Assembly (NCBI GenBank): GCA_964016885.1
Contig: CAXHJY010001736.1
Span: 1-64,000, forward strand
Direction of reading: 5' to 3'
Length of the DNA stretch: 64,000 nucleotides
Origin: Eledone cirrhosa
Taxonomy: Eukaryota
The notes beneath the pieces are model-generated. The model did not search any database. It worked only from the letters and a program-made list of their open reading frames with translations, and had not been told where the DNA came from. The stretch's first letter is position 1. The number at the start of each line of letters is the position of its first letter. Below are positions 28,023-43,535 of the stretch, in pieces. Made by a program: the position numbers and the translations under genes.

Positions 28023-28395
28023 AAGAATGATAAATAAGATAGATTGAAGGGACGGGCGGGATGGAATTGGAAAAAAATGTCTTTAGATAAGAAATAACAG
28101 GTCCATTATAAGAAGTGAGTAATTCGTGATCCCACCTCCCTCTCAAATATATTGATATGAGAGGTGAATGAGATGGGACGGTAGTACACTGTAAAGGACT
28201 TATTCCTATTTTTGAAGACTGGGACAGGAAATCTTCAGGGATATCGCCTCTCTTCAGTGAATTTCTCCAAAGTTTAGCAAGAGCCAGATGAAACTTGATG
28301 TCGGCAATTGTTCGGGACACTGGCAAGGAACCTATCAGGGCGTACTGCTTGCAATTGTTTCTTGCTGCTAACATATCAGTGCCTTTCATGGTAAA

Positions 28396-28505
28396 GGTGT
28401 GTAGCTGAGTGGCTAGAGAATCGGATTCACAATTGTGAGGTTGTCAGTTCGATTCCTGGACCGGGTGATGCATTATGTCCTTCAGCAAGACACTTTATTT
28501 CACGG
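28396..28505 (+). mobile_element. tRNA-derived SINE (family S2), partial
   Basis: gtagctgagtggctag A-box, gttcgattcc B-box, then a tgtccttcagcaagacacttta CORE-like segment. Confidence 0.65.
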
Positions 28506-28667
28506 TGATTCTTTTACCTGGGGTTGTGACCGATAGATAGTATTAGTAATTGGAAAGACTAATGGAAACATTGTTTCCTCGGTCTGATTTGACGAAAGTC
28601 GATCGATATATCGATATATATATATATAATTTTTACTGGTTTCAATCATTTGACTGTGGCCATGTTC

Positions 28668-28706
<39 letters not shown>

Positions 28707-28814
28707 TAGACACACACACACATTCTCCCTCTCACTCACTTCCCTTCTCCCTCTCACTCACTTCCCTTCTCCCTTTCACTCACTTCCCTTCTCCCTCTCA
28801 CTCACTTCCCTTCT

Positions 28815-29260
28815 CTCGCTCTCTCACTTCCCTTCTCTCTCGCTCTCGCGCTCTCGCTCTCGCGCTCTCTCTCTCGCTCTCGCTCTCTCTCTCACGCTCT
28901 CTCTCTCGCGCTCTCTCTCTCTCGCTCTCTCTCTCGCGCTCTCTCTCTCTCGCGCTCTCTCTCTCGCGCGCTCTCTCTCGCGCTCTCTCTCTCGCGCTCT
29001 CTCTCTCGCGCTCTCTCTCTCGCGCTCTCTCTCTCGCGCTCTCTCTCTCGCGCTCTCTCTCTCGCGCGCTCTCTCTCTCGCGCTCTCTCTCTCGCGCTCT
29101 CTCTCTCTCGCTCTCTCTCTCGCGCTCTCTCTCTCGCGCTCTCTCTCTCGCGCTCTCTCTCTCGCGCTCTCTCTCTCTCGCGCGCTCTCTCTCGCGCTCT
29201 CTCTCGCGCGCTCTCTCTCTCGCGCGCTCTCTCTCTCTCGCTCTCTCTCTCTCTCGCTCT
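28815..29260. repeat. (CT)n/CGCG compound microsatellite
   Basis: ctctctctcgcg units. Confidence 0.9.
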
Positions 29261-29509
29261 TGGAAAGACTAGTGGAAACATTATTTGACGAAAGTCGATA
29301 TATCAGGGGGTGCCGAACATCATGTCAGATATAGTGTGTTAAGGGTTTATATCCAGATCAACCATATCAGGTGCTGGAAACAGAGCAGTATTGTTTCTAC
29401 AACATCTCAGTCATGGTTTTAGCACCATCATGGAGGATGTTATGTTTCTCAGCCAACAGTGGAGACAGCGACCGTCGTGTGTGTGTGTGTAAATGAAAAG
29501 AACACTTAA

Positions 29510-29730
29510 CCCTTTAGCATTTACATTACTCTATATTTACTATTGTATTTTCATGGTAAACACTTTATCTTACATAATGATCTCACATAATATCGAATTT
29601 TTGAGACTTTGAAGACATTTATTTCGAGAACAACACCGTAACATAAGTATAAGCGGCCAGTCATGGCCGGTTTGAACTGAAAGAGGTGAGAGAATTCCGG
29701 CCGGATATGGCCGGTTTAAATGCTAAAGGG
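29510..29730. mobile_element. piggyBac-like MITE
   Basis: TTAA on both sides; TIR CCCTTTAGCATTTA/TAAATGCTAAAGGG. Further copies at 51232-51453 and ~63445-63625. Confidence 0.8.
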
Positions 29731-29924
29731 TTAAAGCTGTGTGAGTGTGTGTGCGTGAAACATATACATACACACGAGGTCCGAACACAAAGGAACCAAA
29801 CTCCCACTGTCGCTGCCTTCTTCGCACCCGCTCTCTCCATTTCTCACTTATATGAGAAAATGGGGGCCCATGCCTTTCCCGGAGTAAGGGGAGGGAGACG
29901 GGTTAGAAGAGCCATTCCAATATA

Positions 29925-30492
29925 TAGGGGTTGGACAAAATAATGGAAACACCTAGCATCATAGCATCATAATTTTGAAATATCTATAAAACCATCAAAA
30001 GCTTGTTTATTTTTTATATTTTTTTATTTATTATTAGTGTTGCTTAATATGTTTTGTTAAAATTGTTGGTTCTTTTCAGATATCATCAGAAAAACGTAAT
30101 TAAAATTCATTAAAATGACAGATCTGTCGGACTTTCAAAGAGGTCAAATTGTTGGTGCTCGTATGGCAGGTGCTAGCGTAACGAAAACAGCCGAAATGTT
30201 TGCTGTATCAAGAAGTACTGTCTCGAAAGTAATGACAGCCTTTGAGAAAGAGAGAAAAACCTCCTTGTCGAAAAAAAACTCCGGAAGAAAACCAAAACTT
30301 TCAGATAGGGACCGCCGGACTCTTACGCGAATTGTTAGAAAGGATCACGAAAGTACAGCTCCCAAAATTACTGCAGAGCTTAATGACCACCTCGAGAACA
30401 ATAAAAATAAACAACCTTTTGACGGTTTTATAGATATTTCAAAATTATGATGCTATGATGCTAGGTGTTTCCATTATTTTGTCCAACCCCTG
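29925..30492 (+). mobile_element. Internally deleted Tc1-like transposon
   Basis: ~90-bp TIRs (aggggttggacaaaataatggaaacacc), TA flanks, and ORF 30115-30450 = paired-like HTH N-terminus (LSDFQRGQIVG...SGRKPKLSDRDRR); DDE domain missing. Confidence 0.92.
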
Positions 30493-30571
30493 TATATATT
30501 ATGAATTCACTGTTTATATTTAGACGGACTTTTCTTTTTCTTTTTTTCTTGTTGACTCTCGCGCTGTAGAC

Positions 30572-30789
30572 CAGGCATGTCAAACCGAGGGTTCTCCGAG
30601 GGCCACATATGTGTTGTCTGAGGGTCACTCGAGAGCCACATAGGTCACATGTGTTGTCTGCCGGCCACACATGACAATTAATTGCGCACATTACAACTAA
30701 TACTTTTATTCTATATTACTCTCACGCTGTAAATACCTTTGTGAGGGCCGCTGGTGTGCTTGTAAAGGGCCGCATGTTTGACATGCTAG
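30572..30789. mobile_element. hAT (Charlie/Buster-type) MITE
   Basis: TIR CAGGCATGTCAAAC/GTTTGACATGCTAG; 8-bp TSD CTGTAGAC with central TA. Confidence 0.88.
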
Positions 30790-31194
30790 CTGTAGACAAT
30801 ATGTTTTTCACTCTGGTAGTTTTCTATCCCCTATAATTAAATACATACCCCTTTCTGTATTTCTCTCTATATATACTGTCTTATAAAGAGCCCAGATCTA
30901 TTCCTTGAGCTCTTTAAATAATAATGGATTAACGTGAGTCTTTAACTCCGTTTTTTAATTATATATATATATATATAAATATATAAAAGTATGTATACGT
31001 ACGTACATACATATATGTATACAGACGTACAGTAGTATGTATATATATATACATACATGCACACATATATATATGTACGTATGGATTCACAGAACATTTA
31101 TTATAATGCTCGGTGTGTTTCTAAACAAACATCCCGAATTACGCCGTAGTGTCTAGCAACCATCGTTGCTCATTTGTTCAACGCTGACAAAGGA

Positions 31195-31237
31195 ACGCTG
31201 TACTAGTTTCAAGCTTATTAGCTATCGTCAGCACCGT
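31195..31237 (-). ncRNA. Hammerhead ribozyme (family J)
   Basis: Mirror of 31687-31729 with one stem I mismatch. Confidence 0.8.
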
Positions 31238-31686
31238 ATACCTTCCTGCCAGATGATTGAACGTCTGAAAGTATATACTTTCCTTATGCATATTAACGGC
31301 TGAGCAGCCTAATTTGCATATCGAGTGAGTTAATCGGCCGGGCGCACCGAAAATGATAAATGGAAAAAATGAAACGAAATTTCATTTCTCACTCTTAGTA
31401 CGGCTGTTACTTAAATATAAGTATGTATACGTACATACATATATGTATACAGACGTACAGTAGTATGTATATATATATATACATACATGCACACATATAT
31501 ATATATGTACGTATGGATTTACCGAGCATTTATTATAATGAAATTTTGTTTCATTTTTTTCCATTTATCGTTTTCGGTGCGCTCGGCCGATTAACTCACT
31601 CGATATGCAAATTAGGCTGCTTAGCCGTTAATATGCATAAGGAAAGTATATACTTTCAGACGTTCAATCATCTGGCAGGAAGGTAT

Positions 31687-31729
31687 ACGGTGCTGACGAT
31701 AGCTAATAAGCTTGAAACTAGTACATCGT
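31687..31729 (+). ncRNA. Hammerhead ribozyme (family J)
   Basis: acggtg-CTGACGA-t-agct(aata)agct-t-GAA-ACTAGT-A-catcgt: 6-bp stem I and palindromic ACTAGT. Confidence 0.85.
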
Positions 31730-32371
31730 TCCTTTGTCAGTGTTGAACAAAAGGGCAACGATGGTTGCTAAACACTGTACAGCTTAATTCGGGATGTTTG
31801 TTTACAAACAAACCGAGCATTATAATAAATGCTCGGTAAATCCATACGGACATATATATATGTGTGCATGTATGTATATATATATACATACTACTGTGCG
31901 TCTGTATACATATATTTATGTACGTGTACATACTTATATTTAAGTAACAGCCGTACTAAGAGTGAGAAATGAAATTTCGTTTTATTTTTTTCCATTTTTA
32001 TATATATATATATATGGAGAATAGAAATGGTTGTGTAGTTGCTATTTAAGGTAACTTAAAATGCAGTGGGAATACAAAGAAGGCAAGTACAGGGGGGGGG
32101 GGCCTCATCAGTTGTCTACTGGGGATAGCTAATAAGCTTGAAAGTAGTACATCGTTCCTGTGTCAGTGTTGGACAAAAAGGTGACGTGGTTGCCTAAACA
32201 CTGTACGGCGTAATTCGGGCTGTTTGTTTGATTACAAACGAACAAACCCAGCTTTATAATAAATGTTCGGTAAACCGATACGTGCATATATATATGTGTG
32301 CATGTATGTATATATATATACATACTACTGTACGTCTGTATACATATATGTATGTACGTATACATACATAC

Positions 32372-32982
32372 ATGGTGGCTGCCAACTCGTTTTCGAGTAC
32401 GGCCACTACTTTATATCCATGTAGGAGAACTCCTACCGATGCGCTGAACGAGTGTGACTTTTTAGTCTCAGCCAGTGACTTGAAAACTCTGGTACAAACA
32501 CTACACTTGTGACAATTATTGACACATAGTGCTGGGCCCATGGTACCATGTGACGACAAGTGCAGAGAGATCTCCAGATATAAAGCAATGCCTGTGCTGT
32601 GAAGCTTTTATAGTGAGCAAAGGCACTGCACAAAGCCAGTCCCACTCTCTTAACCAAGATGGTATTTACCAAAAAGAAGAACAAGTCAACATCATTGGAT
32701 ACCATCAGGGTTGCAGGTGTTATATCAGAGTTTTCCTTCTCCTAGAATTCTGCCTTGACAAAGGCTAAGGGGTCATCTCTCCCGGTGATTTTGGATGGCC
32801 ATTGACTCTTAAGAGCTCCTTTGCCCTTTGACAGGTTTTGTTTTTAGTCCTGCAGGATGTCCAAAGTCACTCTCCTCACCAAGAAACCTTGGTGGGGTTG
32901 CCAGTTTAGTCGCCAACGACCCGACCATGAGACAGATTGTACTGGGATACATGTTACCAGTAGCACCAACTGGTGACCTGAC
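32372..32982 (-). mobile_element. RTE-derived element, copy 2 (nested in a family J unit)
   Basis: Highly similar to copy 1; the family J sequence resumes at 33021. Confidence 0.85.
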
Positions 32983-33082
32983 ATATATACATACATACAT
33001 ACATACATACATACATACATACTTACATTTAAGTAAGTGCCGTACTAAGAGTGAGAAATGAAATTTCCTTTCATTCTATTCC

Positions 33083-33209
<127 letters not shown>

Positions 33210-33429
33210 GTGTGTGTGCAAATAGGGAGACACAAAGCAGGCTTTATTTTGAAACAGCTGGCAAATTTGAAAATTAGGTAGTAACATGTGCTTACGCCGT
33301 ATTTGACTAAATAGAAATAGTCTGTTAGTTGGGATTAAAAAACCCCCCTCTGAATGGAAAAAAAAGGATGAGTATTGGCGTATATGGAACGCGAACTCAC
33401 ATCTTTGGTTTGCCGAACCAATGTGGTTC

Positions 33430-33460
<31 letters not shown>

Positions 33461-33473
33461 CATATATATATAG

Positions 33474-33532
33474 GGAAAAGTATGACCCCCGACGGCAGAG
33501 CTCAAGCCGTTTCGACGGCTATTTCTGGACTA

Positions 33533-33590
<58 letters not shown>

Positions 33591-33883
33591 GTGTAATCTG
33601 AGTTTTTCGAATATTTATAATAACATTCGATTCGTTTGCAATTATGCAAACAAGCCTCATTTTAAAAGCCATGTCAGTAGAATGAACACTTCATTCTTGC
33701 TCTTGTGTTGGCATATATATATTTATATATATTTATATATATATATATTTATATATATATATATATATATCAGAGGGTGTGGTAAGATACCAGGTGGACC
33801 AAAACGCACCAGAGTGGTCAATACTTAGGGTAGTCGCTAACTGTCGAAACGGCCGGAGCTCTGCCGTCGGGGTCCTGACTTTT

Positions 33884-33890
<7 letters not shown>
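33474..33890. mobile_element. Family F fragments separated by (TA)n and another short repeat
   Basis: Left-arm piece at 33474-33531; inverted terminus plus right-arm piece at 33773-33888; 33595-33712 matches 37495-37612. Confidence 0.65.
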
Positions 33891-33924
<34 letters not shown>

Positions 33925-34109
33925 GACGTAAGTAAGAGAAAAAAATTTTTTTTAATTTTTTAAAAAAAATATTTTCTTATTTTACGTCCTTTATATTATT
34001 GTTCTGCATTCTCCTGCATTGAACCACCTAGGTACTATGACATAACCTGTGTATTTGCTGGCATGGGCGTGCATCTGTGCGCTTATGTTAGTTGATATAT
34101 TAAATTATC

Positions 34110-34141
<32 letters not shown>

Positions 34142-34320
34142 TATATATATATACTACACACACACACACATATATATATACTACACACACACACACATAT
34201 ATATATACTACACACACACACACATATATATATACTACACACACACACACATATATATATACTACTCACACACACACATATATATATACTACACACACAC
34301 ACACATATATATATACTACT

Positions 34321-34364
<44 letters not shown>

Positions 34365-34379
34365 TATATATATATATAT

Positions 34380-34418
<39 letters not shown>

Positions 34419-34433
34419 TATATATATACTACT

Positions 34434-34465
<32 letters not shown>

Positions 34466-34992
34466 CACACACATATATATATATACACACACATATATAA
34501 ATATACACACACATATATATATATATTCACACATATATATATATATACATACACACATATATATATATACCTTTCTCTCTCTATCTCTTTCTCTCTATCT
34601 CTTTCTCTCTATCTCTTTCTCTCTATCTCTTTCTCTCTATCTCTTCCCCTCTCTCTCTCTCTAGATGTATAGAGAGAAGAGGGGAGAGGGAGGAGGCGAT
34701 GATGATAGTCTGACATTGGTGCAATCTAACACCACAGATGTGTTGATGCAGTCATAGAGACACGTGCCAAAGCCGTGTACTAACTGATGCTGCACACTGT
34801 GTACGTGTGAGTGTGTGTAGCCCATCCTGCTTACACACCCGTCACACAGGTAGATAGGAAGAGGATAGTGTGCCGTGTGTCGTGTGAATGTCTGTGTGTC
34901 TGGGTCTGTGTGTGTATGTGTGAGTTTCTAGAAGCCGGTAGTTGCGGCCAAGTTTCCCAAGTAAACAACCACTATTAATAGCATGTCTCACA

Positions 34993-35065
<73 letters not shown>

Positions 35066-35129
35066 ATGCGTGTGTGTGTATGTATGTATGTATGTGTGTG
35101 TGTATGTATGTATGTATGTGTGTGTGTGT

Positions 35130-35650
35130 GTGTATGTCTCCGTGTGTGTGTGTGAATGTGTGTATGTCTCCGTGTGTGTGTGAATGTGTGTATGTCTCCG
35201 TGTGTGTGTGTGTGTTAATGTGTGTATGTCTCCGTGTGTGAATGTGTGTATATCTCCGTGTGTGTGTGTGTGTGAATGTGTGTATGTCTCCGTGTGTGAA
35301 TGTGTGTATGTCTCCGTGTGTGAATGTGTGTATGTCTCCGTGTGTGTGTGTGAATGTGTGTATGTCTCCGTGTGTGAATGTGTGTATGTCTCCGTGTGTG
35401 TGTGTGTGTGAATGTGTGTATGTCTCCGTGTGTGTGTGTGTGTGTGAATGTGTGTATGTCTCCGTGTGTGTGTGTCTCCGTGTGTATGTCTCCGTGTGTG
35501 TATGTCTCCGCGTGTGTGTGTGAATGTGTGTATGTCTCCGTGTGTGTGTGTGTGTGAATGTGTGTATGTCTCCGCGTGTGTGTGTGAATGTGTGTATGTC
35601 TCCGTGTGTGAATGTGTGTATGTCTCCGTGTGTGTGTGTGTGTGTGAACG
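35130..35650. repeat. (GT)n-derived minisatellite gtgaatgtgtgtatgtctcc(gt)n
   Basis: Direct observation. Confidence 0.9.
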
Positions 35651-35782
35651 CACATGTACATGCACATGTACATACACACACACACACGTACATGCACATG
35701 TACACACATAGATGCATGCACAGAACATGTACACACATACATACACACACACACACACGTACATGCACATGTACACACATAC

Positions 35783-36367
35783 ATGGTGGCTGCCAACTCG
35801 TTTTCGAGTACGGCCACTACTTTATATCCATGTAGGAGAACCCCTACAGATGCGCTGAACGAGTGTGACTCTTTAGTCCAGCCAGCGACTTGGAAACTCT
35901 GGTACAAACACTACACTTGTGACAATCATTGACACATAGTGCTGGGTCCATGGTACTATGTGACGACAAGTGCAGAGAGATCTCCAGATATAAAGCAATG
36001 CTTGTGCCGTGAAGCTTTTATAGTGAGCAAAGGCACTGCACAAAGTCCCACTCTCTTAACCAAGATGATATTTACCAAAAAGAAGAACAAGTCAACATCA
36101 TTGGATACCATCAGGGTTGCAGGTGTTATATCAGAGTTTTCCTTCTCCTAGAATTCTGCCTTGACAAAGGTTAAGTGGTCATCTCTCCCGGTGATTTTGG
36201 ATGGCCATTGACTCTTAAGAGCTCCTTTCCCCTTTGACAGGATGTCCAAAGTCACCCTCCTCACCAAGAAACCTTGGTGGGGTTGCCAGTTTAGTCGCCA
36301 ACGACACGACCATGAGACAGGTTGTACTGAGATACATGTTACCAGTAGCACCAACTGGTGACCTGAC
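35783..36367 (-). mobile_element. RTE-derived element, copy 3
   Basis: Similar to copy 1 with small deletions. Confidence 0.85.
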
Positions 36368-37620
36368 ATACACATACATATACACACACATACATACATG
36401 CACAGCACATACATACACACCTACATGCGCACTCAATCACATGTACGTACACACACATACATCTACACACGCACATGAACGCACCTACACATGCGCCCGC
36501 ATACCACACGCACACACACATGAGCACACATGCGCATGCACACCCACACCTACATGCACAAACATGTACAAACACATACACACACGCACACACGTTAGTA
36601 CCTCTCATATGGGAGACAGTGAATTGAGAAGCAGAATAATTATCCTCGCTATTAGTTGACAAAAACTCCCTGTATGAGTGTTTGAAATTTAATAACAACA
36701 AGCGAGGTAGATAACTCCAATAAGATTAGTTAATGGCTTTTTAGTGGGGGGGTGTTATAGAGACGATGCACATTGATTGGAGTAAATCTGATATTTAAAG
36801 CCATCTGGCGAACCAATACACGCGTTTCAGACTTATTGAGCCTCCTCATATATATATATATATTGGTCTCAATCATTTGACTATGGTCATATTCGGACAC
36901 ACATATATATCTCCTCTGTTTGCTGAAAATTAAAGTATGTGAGACTGTCACTACTCTAAAACAATAGCGTAAGGTCTTCGAAATGCTTTTAATTAAGCAT
37001 ACAGTGTATTGCAAAATACACTATATATACGTTCATATATATATATATATATTTCATTATAGACAAGTAACCTTGTCTATCTGTCGTTCTCTCTCTCCCA
37101 CACCTTCTCCCTCTCTTTCCCTCGCGTTTCTTCTCTCCCTCATGTTTCTTCTCCCCCCCTCTCTCTCCTTCCCTCCCTCCCCCTCTGTCGTTCTCTCTCT
37201 CCCCCTCTCTCCATCCATCCCTCCCTCCCTCTCCATCCCCCTCTCTCCATCCCCCTCTCTCCATCCTCCCTCTCATCCTCTCCATCCCTCTCCCTCTCTC
37301 CATCACTCTCCCTCTCTATATCTCCCCTCCCTCCCTCTATATCTCCCCTCACCCCTTTCTCCCCCTCTCTCTCTCTCTGCCTTATCTCACTCTGGCAGCA
37401 ACGGATACGTTAAAGTGTGTCTCACAAAAATTGTTTACAGTAAATATTGATGTGATATTTGACACGTGTGTGTATATATATATATATATATTTATGTAAT
37501 CTTTTCGAATATTAATAATAATATTCGATTCGTTTGCAATTATGCAAACAAGCCTCATTTTTAAAGCCATGTCAGTAGAATGAGCCCCTCATTCTTGCTC
37601 TTGTGTTGGCATATAAACAG

Positions 37621-37667
37621 AACTGTCACACTAATGTTTCTGGGTATCACCCTTCATCAGTACAGTT
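37621..37667 (-). ncRNA. Hammerhead core (family K)
   Basis: Reverse complement aactgta-CTGATGA-a-gggt(gat)accc-a-GAAAC-attagtgtg-acagtt; stem III and cleavage site ambiguous. Confidence 0.55.
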
Positions 37668-37911
37668 CACTGTACACTGCCAACTGTCAGAGCTAGTGAA
37701 AATATGATATTTTCTAAAATATACAGTGATTGATCGGCCTGATTTGCATATTAGCAGACTGGCTGATCAGTCAGATCTGCATATTAGCAAATCCACTGAT
37801 CAGCCAGATTTGCATATTAACAGATAGGCCAGTCAGTTTCCTGTATACGAGCGATCAATGACCGACTTTGCCATGCTCAAATTCAGCCATGTAGAGCGAA
37901 ATTTATATATA

Positions 37912-37940
<29 letters not shown>

Positions 37941-37946
<6 letters not shown>

Positions 37947-38509
37947 GTTGCTAACTCGTTTTCGAGTACGGCCACTACTTTATATACATGTAGGAGAACC
38001 CCTACCGATGCGCTGAACGAGTGTGACTTTTTAGTCCAGCCAGTGACTTGAAAACTCTGGTACAAACATTACACTTGTGACAATTATTGACACATAGTGC
38101 TAGGCCCATGGTACCATGTGAGGACAAGTGCAGAGAGATCTCCAGATATAAAGCAATGCCTGTGCCGTGAAGCTTTTATAGTGAGCAAAGGCACTGCACA
38201 AAGCCAGTCCCACTCTCTTAACCAAGATGATATTTACCAAAAAGAAGAACAAGTCAACATCATTGGATACCATCAGGGTTGCAGGTGTTATATCAGAGTT
38301 TTCCTTCTCCTAGAATTCTGCCTTGACAAAGGCTAAGGGGTCATCTCTCCCGGTGATTTTGGATGGCCATTGACTCTTAAGAGCTCCTTTGCCCTTTGAC
38401 AGGTTTTGTTTTTAGTCCTGCAGGATGTCCAAAGTCACCCTCCTCACCAAGAAACCTTGGTGGGGTTGCCAGTTTAGTCGCCAACGACCCGACCATGAGA
38501 CAGGTTGTA
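37941..38509 (-). mobile_element. RTE-derived element, copy 4 (slightly 5'-truncated)
   Basis: Similar to copy 1. Confidence 0.85.
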
Positions 38510-38896
38510 TATACAGAGAGAGAGAGATGCAGTAACACTAACACAGCGTGATTCATAATAGTGTACAGGAAGATATATACACCTCCAGCATATAAGTTAC
38601 AGCTTATTCTTGTCTCGCGTCACTGACGATGGATAAACATACTGAAAGACTAGCGTCTGTCATTTATCAGGCGGCTATTGAGATAGCTGTAACATGATCA
38701 CAACTTAAAATATTCATAGCGTGACTCTTGTATATTTATTACCAATAAACATATATTTTATGTTTTCTTATGCATCTCATATATATATATATATGTGTGT
38801 GTGTATGTGTAAAAGGTAAGCAGAAATAACAACACAATTTGTACAGTATATAGAAGCAATATATTAGGTTAACGCTTGAAATACCAGGAAGAGGGT

Positions 38897-38930
38897 CTTA
38901 AAGTTTCGGGTGCTAGTCCTTCATCAGAAT
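38897..38930 (-). ncRNA. Hammerhead (family A variant, stem II mutated)
   Basis: Reverse complement tt-CTGATGA-a-ggactagcaccc-GAAAC-tttaaga, in the same ~120-bp context as 27910-28020 and 56070-56190. Confidence 0.55.
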
Positions 38931-38938
38931 ATATACAT

Positions 38939-39037
<99 letters not shown>

Positions 39038-39578
39038 TAGATATGCTCCAGCATATAAGACGTCGGAAAACCAAAACCAGGAGAGGTTAAGGGCCTAAAC
39101 TCTCGCTTCAGTGGGGGGGGGGGGTATTCTCTGAAGACTTTCTGCCCTCCAGCTCCCCGGGGAGTTTCTTACCACTACATACATACATACATACATACAG
39201 ACAGACAGACAGACTCACACAGATTCAACTAACAGACAGATAGAGAGGCAGACTGAACTTACATCAGACGGGAGGACAGACAGACTCATGATATAATTAG
39301 TAATATAATTAGTGAATATTAACTTACATAAGTTAATGTTAACTTATTGATTGTAATTAGTTAAGATAATAAAACGTGGTGTAGATTAATTGCTGTAATT
39401 AACCAAGATTATCTCTCCTAATGAGGTGTGTAATAGTTTGGGTTGGTCCATTAGTCAGTGAAGGGGTGTGGGTGGGCAGAGAGGGATATAGACAAAGAAG
39501 ACAGAGCGAGAGAGGGTGTGTATGTAATATATATATATTACATACAGACACCCTCTCTCTCTCTTTCTCTTTCTTTCT

Positions 39579-39617
<39 letters not shown>

Positions 39618-39618
<1 letters not shown>

Positions 39619-39791
39619 CGAAGGAAGTGTGGTAAGGAACCAGGCGGACCATAACGCACCAGAGTACTCGATACTTAGGCTAGTAGAGTGGGTAATAGGA
39701 AAAGAGTCAGGACCCCGACGGCTGAGCTCCGGCCATCTCGACAGCTAGATCCGAACAGTTCGGATCTAGCTGTCGAGACGGCCGGAGCTCC
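39618..39791. mobile_element. Family F variant with a different central hairpin
   Basis: Inverted F terminus followed by gacagctagatccgaac-a-gttcggatctagctgtc; related piece at 27627-27688. Confidence 0.75.
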
Positions 39792-39809
39792 TTCATTTAA
39801 TCATAATCG

Positions 39810-39866
39810 CTGTTATATATATTTCGGTGGTAACTGTTATGCAACAGTTATGACTTCATCAGACAG
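39810..39866 (-). ncRNA. Hammerhead ribozyme (family L)
   Basis: Reverse complement ctgt-CTGATGA-agtca-taactgtt(gcat)aacagtta-ccacc-GAA-ATATATAT-A-acag. Preceded by [13 protein letters not shown], weakly like a GIY-YIG C-terminus. Confidence 0.7.
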
Positions 39867-39943
39867 ATAGATGTTTAACAGAAAAAACAGAATAACATGG
39901 TCCAGGCTGATATTTGGTGTTTCTTTCTCAAGTATCCAGGAGC

Positions 39944-41468
<1,525 letters not shown>

Positions 41469-41918
41469 GAAAAGTGTAATTTTCTACACAAAACGAAGGT
41501 TATAGAGAAAATTGAGGTTGGTAATGGCACATGGAATATATAAGAGAAACCCTGCACGTGCACACACGTATATCTATATATATATGCGCACACAGAATTA
41601 TTTTAATTTCACTGCCCCAACTTCTTATATTATGGAAAAAATATATGTGTCTGTATGTATATATATATATATATATTTGAAGGCCATTTCTCTGTGTGTG
41701 GGTGTATGTATGTGTGTGTGTGTGTGTGTGAGTATGTGTGTGCATGTGGATGTATGTATTGTGTGTGCGTGTGTGTGTGTGTGTGTGTATATATATGTGT
41801 GTGTATGTGTGTATATATATGTGTGTGTGTATGTGTGTATATATATGTGTGTGTGTGTGTGTATGTTTGTATGTGTGTATGTATATATATATATGTGTGT
41901 GTGTATGTATGTGTGGGG

Positions 41919-42016
<98 letters not shown>

Positions 42017-42047
42017 GTGTATCTGGATGTATGTGTATGTATATATA

Positions 42048-42104
<57 letters not shown>

Positions 42105-42165
42105 ATGTGTATATATGTGTGTGTGTGTGTGTATGTATATGTATGTGTGTGTGTATGTATGTGTG

Positions 42166-42206
<41 letters not shown>

Positions 42207-42641
42207 ATGTATGTGTATGTATGTGTGGATGAAGGTATGTGTGTGTATATTGCTTCCACCCCCTCACTGACCAGCAGCTGGCTATTGCTAAATCTGACCT
42301 TTATAAAATAACCCACACCCCAAATAACTTCTCATTCACTACCAGAAAGGGACACAGCAGTCAACCTGTTGTTGCTACCTAGATGAAAACTGCTATGAAA
42401 TCCCACAATGAATTTTATACTTGAATTTTCAAGTCTCAAATTTTAACTCTTCGTATTATTAATTTTTCTTAATATTAATCAACATTTGAAAAGATGGCTT
42501 TTGCAGACCCATCGAAACCGGTCATCATTTTTTATACCCTTTATTATTTCCTTACCTTATAAAATTATGTTTTTTCACAAAAAAGTATTCTGTCTCTTAT
42601 ATATTCCATGTGCCATTACCAACCTCAATTTTCTCTCTCTC

Positions 42642-42736
<95 letters not shown>

Positions 42737-42959
42737 GTGTGTGTATGTATATACATATATGCAATTTGTATGATGACCCGCAGTTTCTAAATTGCAGGCT
42801 TATCTAATTGGTTGGGTCATGGCTGGAGATCGTTGAAACATATTCAGTGACTTTTGTATACTATATATTTATGTATGTATGTATGTATGTGTGTGCATAT
42901 ATATATATATGTGTGTGTGTGTGTGCGTGTATGTATGAATGTATATGTATGTACGTATA

Positions 42960-43006
<47 letters not shown>

Positions 43007-43168
43007 ATGCATATATATATATGTATGTATATGCATATATATATATATGTATGTATATGCATATATACATATATGTATGTATATGTGTGTATATATATAA
43101 TAAAATAAATATGGTTTTATAAATATAGTTTCCATTTATTAATATATTGTATATATATACATACATAC

Positions 43169-43475
43169 ATGGTGGCTGCCAACTCGTTTTCGAGTACGGC
43201 CACTACTTTATATCCATGTAGGAGAACCCCTACCGATGCGCTGAACGAGTGTGACTTTTTAGTCCAGCCAGCGACTTGAAAACTCTGGTACAAACACTAC
43301 ACTTGTGACAATTATTGACACATAGTGCTGGGCCCATGGTACCATGTGACGACAAGTGCAGAGAGATCTCCAGATATATAGCAATGCCTGTGCCGTGAAG
43401 CTTTTATAGTGAGCAAAGGCACTGCACAAAGCCAGTCTCACTCTCTTAACCAAGATGATATTTACCAAAAAGAAC
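43169..43475 (-). mobile_element. RTE-derived element, copy 5 (5'-truncated)
   Basis: 3' half only, in (TACA)n. Confidence 0.85.
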
Positions 43476-43535
43476 ATACATACATACGTACATACGTACA
43501 TACATACGTACATACATACATACGTACATACATAC

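Larger units (their letters stand above)
30985..31997. mobile_element. Hammerhead-bearing 431-nt unit (family J) in tandem and inverted arrangement; retrozyme/pLTR-like
   Basis: Plus monomer 31537-31967 whose start sequence recurs at 31968; minus copy of ~1.3 units at 30985-31540; third copy 32124-32370 resuming at 33021-33086. Confidence 0.8.

Noticed and set aside
38621-38662. CTGACGA...GAAAgactagcGTC hammerhead candidate
   Set aside because: Stem II pairs poorly and stem III is mismatched; at best a decayed copy.
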